Shown piece after piece: positions 24,319-34,907 of a stretch of 64,000 nt of DNA. The notes beneath the pieces are model-generated. The model made no database searches. It was given only the letters and a program-made list of their open reading frames with translations, and was not told the DNA's origin. This stretch comes from Monocercomonoides exilis PA203 (lineage: Eukaryota > Protista > Preaxostyla). Each line of letters begins with the position of its first letter. The first letter of the stretch is position 1. The DNA is taken from NCBI GenBank assembly GCA_001643675.2, contig LSRY02000039.1:124001-188000 (forward strand), in the 5' to 3' direction. Both the position numbers and the translations under genes were made by a program.

Positions 24319-27300
24319 ATGGGCTTCTATGATCATTTTTACCGTTTAATATCTGAAAACGAATCAGAAAATAAGATATTGATGGAAAACGATCAGCAAA
24401 ACGAAGAAGAAAAATTGGAAAAACAGAAAGAAGATGATTATGCACCGCTTGAACAAGAGGAGAATGAAGGAAAAATTGGTGATGAAATTTTAAATGAGGA
24501 ACAAGAAAAAATTGAAGAAAACGGAGAAAACGAAGCTGAAACACAATTTCATAACAGTGTTGAGCAAATAAGTGAAGAAGCCTATCAGATGTCTGACTCA
24601 ATGGAAAGAAAAGACGAAGAAAATCTGAATGCAGAAAATAATGGTGCCATTTCTGACAGCACCGGAGAAGAAGAAACTAAAACAGACGAAGATCATCAAA
24701 TAAGTGGAGAAAACGAAGGAGAAGCTGGAGATTTACAGGATGCTGGATCAATTCATGAAGCCGAAGAAACAAATCTTGAAGGCGATATAGTGGAAAATAA
24801 TTCAGAAATACCTGAAGATCAGGACCAACAACCTGAACAAACCGAACAGCTTGAAGAAGTGCAAGATGGAATCGATTCTGTTCCCGAGCAGCAAGATGTT
24901 GAAGAAGGTCCTGCAAAAGATATGTCTGAATTAAATGTTGAAAGTTCGACAGGAGAAATAAATGAAGGAACAGAGCAGAATGAAAGAGAGGAAGTTGATG
25001 AGGAACCAGAAATTAAAACACGTTCATTTGAATTTTCAGGAAACGAAACAAATACAGAAGAGGTGCAAGAGGTTCAAGAAGAGAGTGATCAAAAAGAAGA
25101 AGAAAAAGAAAGCGAATCTGGTGCAGCTGCACAAGAAAATGAAGAAAATTTACAGAACGAACAGGAAGACGGAGGTGGAGAAGAAGGAGAAGGAGATGCG
25201 TTTGGATATGATGAAGCAACTCCGGAAGAAGAACAAGAAGCAGAACCTACACAAGTGGAAGAGGAAGAAGAAGTGAAAGAACGAGAGATGGGAGATAATG
25301 AAGAAAATGCGCAGGCAGAAGAAGGAGAAGTCCAAGAGCAGAACGAAGAAGGAGGTGGAGAAGAACAAGGGGAGCAGCCTGCAGAAGAAGAAAGCGTGCC
25401 ACAAGAAGAAAATGAAGGGGCAGGAGGGAACGAGGAGATGGAGTACGAAGCACAAGAGGAAGAAGTTCAAGACGTTGAAGCACAAGAAGAAGAACATGGA
25501 GAAGGAGAAGGAGAAGAAGCAGTTGGAGAGGAAGAACAGTTTGAAGAAGAAGCAGCTGAAAACGAGGCAGAAGCGGAAGGCGAGGCAAATGAAACAGAAG
25601 AGCCAGCAGCAGCAGAGGGAGAAGGAGAAGGAGGAGAAGGAGAAGAAGAAGTTCAACAGCAAGAAGAGGAAGTACAACAACAAGAGGAAGGAGAAGAGGC
25701 AGGCGAAAACGAAGAAGGCGAAATAAAGACACGTTCGTTTGGGGGATTTTCAGGTGAAGAGGAGGCACCAGCAGAAGAAGTGGCAGAAGAAGAACAGCAA
25801 GAAGAAGAACAACGAGAAGAACAACAACAAGAAGGAGAAGGAGAAGTGGCAGAGATTGCAAATGAAGAGGAAGGAGGAGAACAGCCAGAAGAGAATGGGG
25901 AGGAGGTGGTTGAGGCTGAAGAAGCAGGAGAAGGAGAAGGAGAAGCACAGGCTGATGGTGAACAAGAACCAGAGCAAGAACAAGAACAAGGAGGAGGAGA
26001 AGGAGAGGCAGAAGGAGAAGCCACTAATGAAGAAGAAAAATACGATGAGCAGGCATTTGAAGAAGAAGCACAACCAGAAGCAGCAGAAGATGTTGCACCT
26101 TCCGAAGAAGGATGCGAAGGCGAAGAGAATCAACCAGAAGAGCAAGCAAACGAACAAGAACAAGAACAAGAACAAGAACAAGAACAAGAGGCACAAGAAT
26201 ACGGATCCGATTATGAGCAGCCACCAGAAGAGGAAAAAGCAGAAGCAGAAGCAGAAGAAGCGGCGGGTGAGAATGCGGAGCAAGTTGGAAGCCAAATTGA
26301 GGCAGAAGGCAACGAAAACGCAGAAGGAGAGGATGAGATGGTGGTCAAAACGAGGGAGTATGCAGCGGCAGGGCAGAAGATATCGACAATTATGGCGAAC
26401 AAGAAGGCGAAGGATGCGAAGTACAAAGAGTCCATAGGCAAGCTGCAGGAAGAGAAGAAGGCGCGGAAGCGGGCGAAGGAAGTGGAAGAAGAAGAGAAAG
26501 AGAAAGAGAAAGAGGAAAGAGAGAGGAAAGAGAGAGAAGAGAAGATTCTTGCGCTGCAGCAGCAGGAGAAGGAGAAGCAGGAGCAGCTGAAAGAAGAGGA
26601 AATTCACGAGAACGAGGCAGAGCAAGAGGGAGGTGGCGATGCGGCTGATGGCCAAGCAGCGCTTTTTGAGACGCCGCGCACAAAGGAAGAGGCAGAGAAG
26701 GCACTTGAGCACGAGAAAGAGACAGAAAAGATCCCGTTTCCGCTGAAGCCGCGCCCGAAGGCGAAGAAAGGGAAAGGGAAAGCTGCATCCAAAACATCTG
26801 CAGCTGCAACTTCAGCTGCTGGTGGGTCATCAAGTGCTTCTTCTTCTTCTTCTTCTTCTTCAACAGCGTCTGGCTCTTCCAGTCAGAGTGCAGGTGGAGT
26901 AACACGATATGGAAGATCGCCGTCACGAGCAGGAAGCCGCCCAGGCGGAATAAAGAAGAAGAAGAAGAAGTCTGCCTCTCCTTCAAAGAAAGTGAGTGCA
27001 GCACAACAAGACCCACAGCAGCAGCAACAGGATAAGCAACAAGATAAGCAGCAAACCTCTTCACAGCCTTCTTCAGCTGTCCAGACACAGCGGCGGGCAG
27101 TGTCTTCGCACAGAATGACAACACGGCAGCCGCAAGTGCGCCCGATGACATCAGGTGCTTCACACAGAACAGGGGAGCAAGGAAACTTGAGAAGCAGAGA
27201 CTTCAACGGAGGAAGAGCAAGTGGGGAAGGGCGGGTGAAGAGCGAGAAGGAGAGGAGAATGGACAGAGAAGCAGAGCGAGTGAAGAAGCTGGAAGGAGGG

Positions 27301-30300
27301 TGGTACAACCGTGTGACTCCGGTGTCAGAGCGTGTGAGGAAGGAGTACAATGCGCTGGAGGCTGACGACTGCCCGCTTGTCGACTCGGCGTCGTTCCAGC
27401 GGACGGTGATGCGGAACATGGGAGATAACCTGTCCCCTTCACAAAGAGAGCTCATGCAGAGAAGGAGAGAGGCAGTGGCACGGAGAGACGAGGAGCTGCG
27501 CGGGCAGTTTGCGCTGGGCGACAGCAGAGGCACGGCGCAGTCGAGGTGGGCAGACACACACCACCACAGGGACGAGCGGAGGGCGTATGCAGAGAGAGTG
27601 AGAGAGGGGGAGGGGGGGAGAGGGTACTATGGAGGAGGAGGAGGTGGTGGGGGTGGGTATGGGAATGGGTATGGAGGGAGAGGAGGAGGAGGAGGAGAAG
27701 GGAGAAGGAACATGTCGCCACAGGAGCTGTATCGGGAAGGATATCGTGATGGATACAGGCAGCGGCTGGCGATGATGGATGAGATGGAAAGAGAAAGAGA
27801 CTGGAGACGAGGAGGATCACGTGGAAGAAGAGAGTATGGAGACAGCAACATGATGATGGAAGGTGAAGAGCCCTCAGACAGATACGGAGGAGAGGAGAGA
27901 TGGAAGTACGGCAGCAATGTGATGGAGCGGCCCATCTACCCAGACGAGAGAGAAAGAGAAAGAGAAAGAGAAAGAGGAGGATACAGCAGAGGGAGTGGCT
28001 ATGAGCGCGATGCATACAGCACACTTCCCTCAATCAGCGACAGAAGCGACGAGTCTGCGCCATCGATGAGAAGGAGAGATTTGTACTCGCCTGTCCAGAA
28101 GCCGATGCAGACACAGTCACAAGCACAGCGTCTGCCTCACGGTGAGATGGATGGCAGAGAGCGGTATGATGAAGACAGCAGAGGCATGGCATATTCACAG
28201 CATTCACAGCATTCACAACATTCATATGGCTCACCGTCGCAGATGAGAAGCGGAGCACAACAAGCAGAAGACAAAAAGCAAAGTGGAACAGTTGTGTGCA
28301 GTTTGCCCTTTGACTCTGTGCCAAAGAGCAGCGCAGAGAACAAAGAGGCGATTCTCCAACTGAAAGCGCAGGTGCTCTCGTTCCTCTCGCAGAAGCAGCC
28401 GTTCGTGCTGCCTTCGTTCTGCGAGGCACAAAAACGCAGCTTGTCTGCCACTGCTCGCCCGTATTCAGCACAAGACAACACTCCACTTTCTCCTTCTTCC
28501 TCGTCTTCTTATTCATCCTCTGGTTCTCACAACGACCGATCTGCCCACTCGCCTGCGCCACGCCACCGCTCTCTCGAAGCAGTGGTGTCTGCATTGGAGG
28601 ACAGCGTGCCAGAGATTGTCAATGGCGTGTTTCCTGACCCTGTCCTGCAAAGCGCAGTGCTGAAGAACTCTGTTGTGAATGCCGCGTCTGTGGAGAAGGA
28701 GATCCAGGGGATGGAAGGCGGGGCAGAGCTGATTGAAAGAGAGTGTGCGGCACACAGAGAGATCGACGAGGAGATGGGCTGGCAGAGCAGGGGGAGGCCT
28801 GGTAGCTCGCTGTCAGCGTCGGGAAAGAAGAGGAAAGGAGAAGAGAGAGACGACGAAGGGAAAGGGGTGCTGGAGACAACGCTGGATGATATTGATGACT
28901 TTGTAACGTCGGCTGAGGAAGTCGATGAGGCTGCTCAGGCTGAAGAGAAACAGGGAGCAAAGGAAAGCCACACTTCAAAGCAAACAGCAGAACAGAAATG
29001 CACAGAAGTCGAGCTGATGTATCCTTCTTCTTTGTCTTCCTCATCATTGTCATCATCACCTACTATTTCCTCACCTTCTGCTCGTCATTCATCGTCATCA
29101 TCATCTTCTTCTTTTTCTTCCTCCTCCTCCTCCAGTTCCCGACCTGATCCATACTGCTTCTCCACCACCGCCTCCCCCGCTGAATGCACGCGAAGCCTGC
29201 TTCAGCAGCGTCTCTCTCTGTTTCTGCTGCATGTGTACCACCCTCCCTCTGAGGCGCTGGAGTATCTGGAGACTCAGTTCTGCAGTGTGGTGCTGCTGGT
29301 GAAGGCGCTATGGACAGTGCTGACGGTGCCACTGTGGAGGAGAGAGAGAGTGAGAGATCTGCTGCCGAATTCACTGGACATTGACTTCTTGCTGGCTAAC
29401 ACGGCTGCTGCTTCAGAGAAGAAGAAGAAGAAGAACGGGAAAGAGAAAGAGAAAGGGAAGGAGAAAAAGGAGAAGCACAGCAAAAAAAGTGAAAAGAAAT
29501 CGAAGAAAGAAAAGAAGAAGAGCGATGACGATGAGAACAAACAGGATTACTCTGAAGACTTTGACGACGAAGCGAAAAAGAGCAGCGATTCTAATTCTGA
29601 TTCCGAAACTAGTAGTAGTAGCAGCAGCAGCAGCAGCAGTGATAGTGACAGTGATAGCAATGAGAACGAGAAGAGGTCTGAGAGCAATGCGGAGTCTGAA
29701 CAGCCAGGCAACTCGCAGTCAGCGCTTGGGATCGCACCAACGCTGTTTGGCTACCAGACGCTTGTGCACGAGGCGGCGTGGCTGTGGCAGGTGCTTGTGC
29801 TGCGGTGCGAGCTGCTGCGGCTGCTGTCGGTGCGGCGGGTGGTGGCGACGAAGGCGCTGTCGATGGCTGCAGAAGGCGCAGGGATGGGCGCGATGGGGTG
29901 TGTGCTGCAGCGCGCTGCGGAGCTGAGTAGAGACTGCCTGAAGCTGCTGGATCTGTGGGAGTGGGCAGGCTGGTGGCACTCGTCCCGCCTCATCCTCGGC
30001 GGTGGTGACGAGAGGGCAGAAGTCGAAAGGTCTGCACGGGAGATCCAGAAGGCTGTGTCTGCAGGACGGAGAGCGGAAATGGCTGGTCCTGTGTCGTCTA
30101 TGCCGCCTGAGATGGGCTCATTTCACAAGCAGCTTCCTCCGCCTTCTCATCTTCCAATGCAGCATCAGCAGATACATCAATCACATCAGTACGGAGAGAG
30201 GGGATACCGCCGGCCAGCCAGCGGATCGGCTGTGGCTGTTTCGGGCATGCGGAGAGAAGAAGCGATGGGGTGGAACTGGAGTGGGCGGGGGTATGAGAGC

Positions 30301-31044
30301 GTGCAGGGAGAAAGGAGGAGGGCGAGGCCTCGGTCGGGATATGGGGAGGATGGGATTGTGTTTGCGGACGAGGTGAGGAGAAGGCTGCAGCCGGTGGATG
30401 CGTATGAAGCGAGGCAGCCTGCACGAGCGAGGCAGATGGAGAGGAGAAAGGAAGGGATGAGAGATGAAGAGAGAGAGGAGGAAGGGAGAGGATACGGCAG
30501 AAGAGAGGACAAGAAGAGAAGTGCGAAAGGGAGAGACGAAGAGCTGTTTGAGCGGTGGAAGGCGGAGCGGGAGTCGGAGCTGGATGGATACGATTCAGTG
30601 ATTGTGAGTATGGACGACGAAGACGAGGTTGAATGCGGGAACGATGAAGAGATGGGCAATTATGCAGACAACAACAAAGACATTGACAACGATGACGAGT
30701 GGGGGAGGGACATTTCGTATACGCAGAAGCGCTCGCGGGCGATGAATGGAGAGGAGCCGGACGAGCGATGGGACGAAGAGAGGATGGAGGAGGAGCAGAG
30801 GAGTGGAGGAGGAGGAGGCGGAGGTGGAGGAGGAGACGGGTTCAGGGGTGAAGGGAGAGCAGGGGCAATGAGAGGGCATTCGCCGTCGGGTGGCCGGCGT
30901 GTGCAGACGGAGCAGCAGAGGAAGAGGAAGAAGATCGATGCGTCGGTTGTTGGGGTGCCATATCTGCTGGCAATGCAGAGCAAGCCGATGAAGGATCCTG
31001 TGAAGGAAGTGACAGAAAAGTGGAAGAAGAAAGAAAGAAGCTAA
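24319..31044 (+). CDS. Very large intronless low-complexity protein (~2240 aa; E/Q-rich N-terminal third, then R/E/G/S-rich)
   Basis: Single 6.7 kb ORF. The ATG at 24232 overlaps the DCC1 stop, so the Met at 24319 is the preferred start. No catalytic domain recognised. Confidence 0.8.
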   Translation: MGFYDHFYRLISENESENKILMENDQQNEEEKLEKQKEDDYAPLEQEENEGKIGDEILNEEQEKIEENGENEAETQFHNSVEQISEEAYQMSDSMERKDEENLNAENNGAISDSTGEEETKTDEDHQISGENEGEAGDLQDAGSIHEAEETNLEGDIVENNSEIPEDQDQQPEQTEQLEEVQDGIDSVPEQQDVEEGPAKDMSELNVESSTGEINEGTEQNEREEVDEEPEIKTRSFEFSGNETNTEEVQEVQEESDQKEEEKESESGAAAQENEENLQNEQEDGGGEEGEGDAFGYDEATPEEEQEAEPTQVEEEEEVKEREMGDNEENAQAEEGEVQEQNEEGGGEEQGEQPAEEESVPQEENEGAGGNEEMEYEAQEEEVQDVEAQEEEHGEGEGEEAVGEEEQFEEEAAENEAEAEGEANETEEPAAAEGEGEGGEGEEEVQQQEEEVQQQEEGEEAGENEEGEIKTRSFGGFSGEEEAPAEEVAEEEQQEEEQREEQQQEGEGEVAEIANEEEGGEQPEENGEEVVEAEEAGEGEGEAQADGEQEPEQEQEQGGGEGEAEGEATNEEEKYDEQAFEEEAQPEAAEDVAPSEEGCEGEENQPEEQANEQEQEQEQEQEQEAQEYGSDYEQPPEEEKAEAEAEEAAGENAEQVGSQIEAEGNENAEGEDEMVVKTREYAAAGQKISTIMANKKAKDAKYKESIGKLQEEKKARKRAKEVEEEEKEKEKEERERKEREEKILALQQQEKEKQEQLKEEEIHENEAEQEGGGDAADGQAALFETPRTKEEAEKALEHEKETEKIPFPLKPRPKAKKGKGKAASKTSAAATSAAGGSSSASSSSSSSSTASGSSSQSAGGVTRYGRSPSRAGSRPGGIKKKKKKSASPSKKVSAAQQDPQQQQQDKQQDKQQTSSQPSSAVQTQRRAVSSHRMTTRQPQVRPMTSGASHRTGEQGNLRSRDFNGGRASGEGRVKSEKERRMDREAERVKKLEGGWYNRVTPVSERVRKEYNALEADDCPLVDSASFQRTVMRNMGDNLSPSQRELMQRRREAVARRDEELRGQFALGDSRGTAQSRWADTHHHRDERRAYAERVREGEGGRGYYGGGGGGGGGYGNGYGGRGGGGGEGRRNMSPQELYREGYRDGYRQRLAMMDEMERERDWRRGGSRGRREYGDSNMMMEGEEPSDRYGGEERWKYGSNVMERPIYPDERERERERERGGYSRGSGYERDAYSTLPSISDRSDESAPSMRRRDLYSPVQKPMQTQSQAQRLPHGEMDGRERYDEDSRGMAYSQHSQHSQHSYGSPSQMRSGAQQAEDKKQSGTVVCSLPFDSVPKSSAENKEAILQLKAQVLSFLSQKQPFVLPSFCEAQKRSLSATARPYSAQDNTPLSPSSSSSYSSSGSHNDRSAHSPAPRHRSLEAVVSALEDSVPEIVNGVFPDPVLQSAVLKNSVVNAASVEKEIQGMEGGAELIERECAAHREIDEEMGWQSRGRPGSSLSASGKKRKGEERDDEGKGVLETTLDDIDDFVTSAEEVDEAAQAEEKQGAKESHTSKQTAEQKCTEVELMYPSSLSSSSLSSSPTISSPSARHSSSSSSSSFSSSSSSSSRPDPYCFSTTASPAECTRSLLQQRLSLFLLHVYHPPSEALEYLETQFCSVVLLVKALWTVLTVPLWRRERVRDLLPNSLDIDFLLANTAAASEKKKKKNGKEKEKGKEKKEKHSKKSEKKSKKEKKKSDDDENKQDYSEDFDDEAKKSSDSNSDSETSSSSSSSSSSDSDSDSNENEKRSESNAESEQPGNSQSALGIAPTLFGYQTLVHEAAWLWQVLVLRCELLRLLSVRRVVATKALSMAAEGAGMGAMGCVLQRAAELSRDCLKLLDLWEWAGWWHSSRLILGGGDERAEVERSAREIQKAVSAGRRAEMAGPVSSMPPEMGSFHKQLPPPSHLPMQHQQIHQSHQYGERGYRRPASGSAVAVSGMRREEAMGWNWSGRGYESVQGERRRARPRSGYGEDGIVFADEVRRRLQPVDAYEARQPARARQMERRKEGMRDEEREEEGRGYGRREDKKRSAKGRDEELFERWKAERESELDGYDSVIVSMDDEDEVECGNDEEMGNYADNNKDIDNDDEWGRDISYTQKRSRAMNGEEPDERWDEERMEEEQRSGGGGGGGGGGDGFRGEGRAGAMRGHSPSGGRRVQTEQQRKRKKIDASVVGVPYLLAMQSKPMKDPVKEVTEKWKKKERS

Positions 31045-31614
31045 TTATTTTTCAAGTGAATTTGTTTCAAATTATGTATGTGTGTGATTAATTTTCTTCC
31101 ATTCGCTATTCTGTTGATTTTCTTCTTCAAAGTTTTTATTCTTTCTCTCTTATTTTTTGGTAATTCTTTAACTTCATGTTATCTATCCATTTCATCATTA
31201 TGTTTCACCTTATGTTTTTTTCCTTTCCATATTTTATCCTCATTTACAGTTATATGCAATCAAATAAATACATTACAATTTTTATAATCTGAACAAAGAA
31301 AAAGTCTGCTTGTGAAAAAACAAAAATTGTCATTGAATGGATCATTCTTTGGTACTGATGCAGTTGAATGATCTTCCATTACAACGAAATATTTAAATGT
31401 TTAAGAACAAATATGAACTGAAAAAAAAAAAAAAATTGAAATGAAATACTTTTCATAACATTAACCACAGCGCATAATCGAGAAAATTTCTCGAGGGATA
31501 AATCGAATTAGTATTTTCAAAATATCTGCACTAAAATTCAGCATCGCAAAATGCAAACAACAATTTTGCAACACATTAAGCTGAATGGGCCTTCAAGTGA
31601 AATGTGACAGAAAT

Positions 31615-32619
31615 TCAAAAAATTCCAAGCGTTTTCTTTTCTGCTCCAATGGTGGTCTCCTCTCCATGGCCAGTAACAACAACCGTGCTTTCAGGAAGGA
31701 TCGTGCACAACTTTCGAAGAGATGCAAATATTTGCTCCATTGATCCGCCCTGGGCAATAATGATAATAAAACCCAATTTATTATCAGCATTAAAAAAACA
31801 AAATATATGCGAAAAAAATTAAAATGTTTCAAACAGGAAGATCTGTGCGCCCTGAAAAAAATACATTTGATAACAATTAAAAATATTATTCTATGAAATC
31901 ACAACAAACCAAATCTTTTTTTTTTTTTTTTTGAAATTTAAGCATAGAGAAGAAGTCACATAAATATTAAAGGCATGTCAATATGCTATCAAACCCATTC
32001 TTAAACAAAGTATCTCCAGCAATCAGCAAATGATCGAAACTGAAGCAGCAAGATCCAGGACTATGCCCAGGAGTTAAAATAATTTTCCCTTCGTATTCCC
32101 CAACAATAACTTTTTCACCTTCTTTGTGCGTTGAAATCTACTAATTTGAAATTATATTTTTAAAGAGTGACACAAAATGAATAAATAATTACCTTTGGTA
32201 GAGGACAGCTTGGAATACTGAACCCTCTTGACTTCTTCATTTTTGGAGATAGCTCATATAAAAACATATCTGCTTCATGTATTGAAACTTCGCAGCCACA
32301 AACTTCCTGAAGTTGTCCAGAGAGGTCAACATGATCATAATGTCCATGCGTATCTGCGTTGTATAAAGAATAAAACAAAAATCATTTAAATTTTATTCGT
32401 TGTCAATCATACAGTAAATGTGCTTCACATTTAAATGCTCTTTCTGTATCTCATGGGCAATCTTTGCTGATTCAAAATTAGAAAAAGTTTGACAAAAATC
32501 GACATACGAATATCTCCACCTGCATCAAATATAACCGAATCTCTCGTTTCAGAATCATACAAAATTGTTGTATTTGAAGAAATCTCTCCGACAGGTAAAG
32601 TTATTCGACAAAGAGGCAT
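31615..32619 (-). CDS. Metallo-beta-lactamase-fold hydrolase, GloC/YcbL (glyoxalase II-like) type, multi-exon
   Basis: THGHYDH, IHEAD, TPGHSPGSCC, IAGDTLF-(K)NGFGRTDLPGGS, VVTGHGEETTIGAEK. Confidence 0.9.
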
Positions 32620-32919
32620 GATTAAAAAAAGATAAAAAATAACCCAAAATAAAAATATTTACTTGACAATTCTTCACAAGCAACATGACAGAATCATTTT
32701 GGAGAAAAGGCATGATCAATTTAATAAATCAGTTTTTTCTTTTCACATTCATTAGGCATATCAAATCAATTGTCCCTAAACAAAATACTCACAAGTATTG
32801 AAGACCCATTTTGAATTATTTTTTTTTTGCACAAACAAAATGCAAAAGATAGATTCACCAAAAATATTTTCAAGTTTGATTTATTTCCTTGAAAAACAGT
32901 TTTATTTTTTCTGTATTTC

Positions 32920-34239
32920 TTGCGTTGGATAGGAATGCTTTCTGAACTGAATGAATGTTCAATCAAAGAACAAAAGCCAAAAATCGAAGAAATGAATGCA
33001 TTGGTAAAAAAGATGAATGTGGAAGAATTTAAATCTATTTACAAAATTGACATGCTTAACAAAATCGATGCAATGATTGAAGAAAAGAAATTGACATGGG
33101 AAAATGCCATCATATTGCTAAAACAAATTGGATATTATAAGACGTTGAACGATGTATATAAAGCGAGATTTGATAGATCTTTGTTGATAGAAAGAATCAA
33201 AAAGAAAGTTATCGAGGAATGGAAGAAAAATGACGAAAAGGAAGAAAAGCTTGTGGTTGATCTTTGTGAGTGCTTTATTTTACTAATTCGTTACATTGAT
33301 AATATACCAACAGAGGTAGACCCAACTTGCTTACCATGCATTTTGAAAACCGCTTCAAACAAAGAAGAAAGTGAAAAAGCACAACATGAAGTGGAAATGG
33401 CTTTGTTGGCTTTGACAAAAATTTACGATGTATGAATATTCATATTCTGTTGTGCTTTTCTTTTATTATTACTTGACCTTTTGTTATAGAGTGAAGAAGA
33501 AGAACTACATATAAATCCGATAAAGGAAATTATCAAACAACATCAACGGAAACGCTATTTGACACATCTGGGATATCAATCTGCTTGGGAATTAATTAGT
33601 GAAAGAGCACATTGGCGTCAGAGAAATGACAAAGCTATATTGAATGAGCTGAATTTTATAAGTGAAGCAGTGAAAGAGTTGGAAGAATTATCAATGCACG
33701 TGGATTGGGAAAAAATTGAAGAAAGTGGAAATAAAACAAAAGAAGAGTGTGTAATTCGCAAATGGGTAAATATGCTTTACATATATTTTTTCCAATACAA
33801 ATTATGGAATAAAGAGCATGGCAAGGCGATTGATTGCCTTTCAAAGATTTGTAAAGCAGCAAGAGAAAGAAACAAGAGTATAATTATCGGATGCATCCAA
33901 ACCTTTGAAGAAATGACACGAGTTCCATCAGTTAATGTTGAAGCTTTGATCAGATGTGGATCTGTCAATTTTGCTATTGGAGAAATCCAGAAATTTTCAT
34001 TTTATGATAATGTAATTCGAACGTGCTTGGAATATATAGCATCTATCAAATGCTTGCTTCTGGAGAGTCTTAAAGAAAACAGAGAAATGAAAAGAACATT
34101 AATACGAGAGACATTTGAAATGTTTGAGGAAGAAGGATTTGAAGATATGACAATGAGCATTTATTATGGAACTTTCATACATTACAGAAAAAGCTACGAA
34201 CGTGAAGAGCTTCAACATTTAATTTTTGACACCAGGTAA
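32920..34239 (+). CDS. Member of a lineage-expanded helical hypothetical family (true start probably ~32690-32900)
   Basis: Two ORFs joined by a short intron (~33430-33489). Motifs KIEEMN, DLCECF, EVEMALLAL, LTHLGYQSAW and EEEGFED are recalled as typical of a multicopy Monocercomonoides family (from memory, not searched). Confidence 0.65.
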
Positions 34240-34907
34240 TATGTGAGCCTTATTTTTTGGATTCACGAAACATTAATTGGAAATTAACATTCAGCTTAAA
34301 AGAGTTTTTGAAGAATTAGCTTTCTTTTTTTTATCTGAAATTTTCAGAGCGCACATTGTTTTCGTATCTATTTGAATATATTCAATGTTAATGATAATTC
34401 TGTTATATAATTGTTATTACGCTGTTATTTATCAAAGAATTGGTTGACTATTTTTTTTAATTTTCTTTTTTGAGTTACAATATCATTATTCCCATAAATA
34501 GCAAATTGTAATTTGAGCAAAGGTCAATAATTTCGAACGGTTTTTCCTTTCCTTTCTTTTCCTTTTCCTTTTTTTTTGTTTTTTTGTTATTCAATCGTTT
34601 TTTATTTATTTCCATTATAATGTCAGACTTATTATGATTTAATTACATAAAAAGTTTGAAACAAATAGTGGTTTTTTCAAAGAAGCTAAAAAATTTCCCC
34701 AAACAGAATCTGTTTTTTTTTTAAAGAATCTATTTTGAATCAGTATGTTTTGTAATAAGAAACGATACTTTTTGAAAGGAAGTTTCATATTATTATTTGT
34801 TGATATTTTTTCTTATTTCTAACAAAAAAACGATTCACCAGACAACTTCGAAACAAACAAAAGAATTTTTTATGACTGTTTTGATCTCTTTTTATAATTT
34901 TTTTTAT

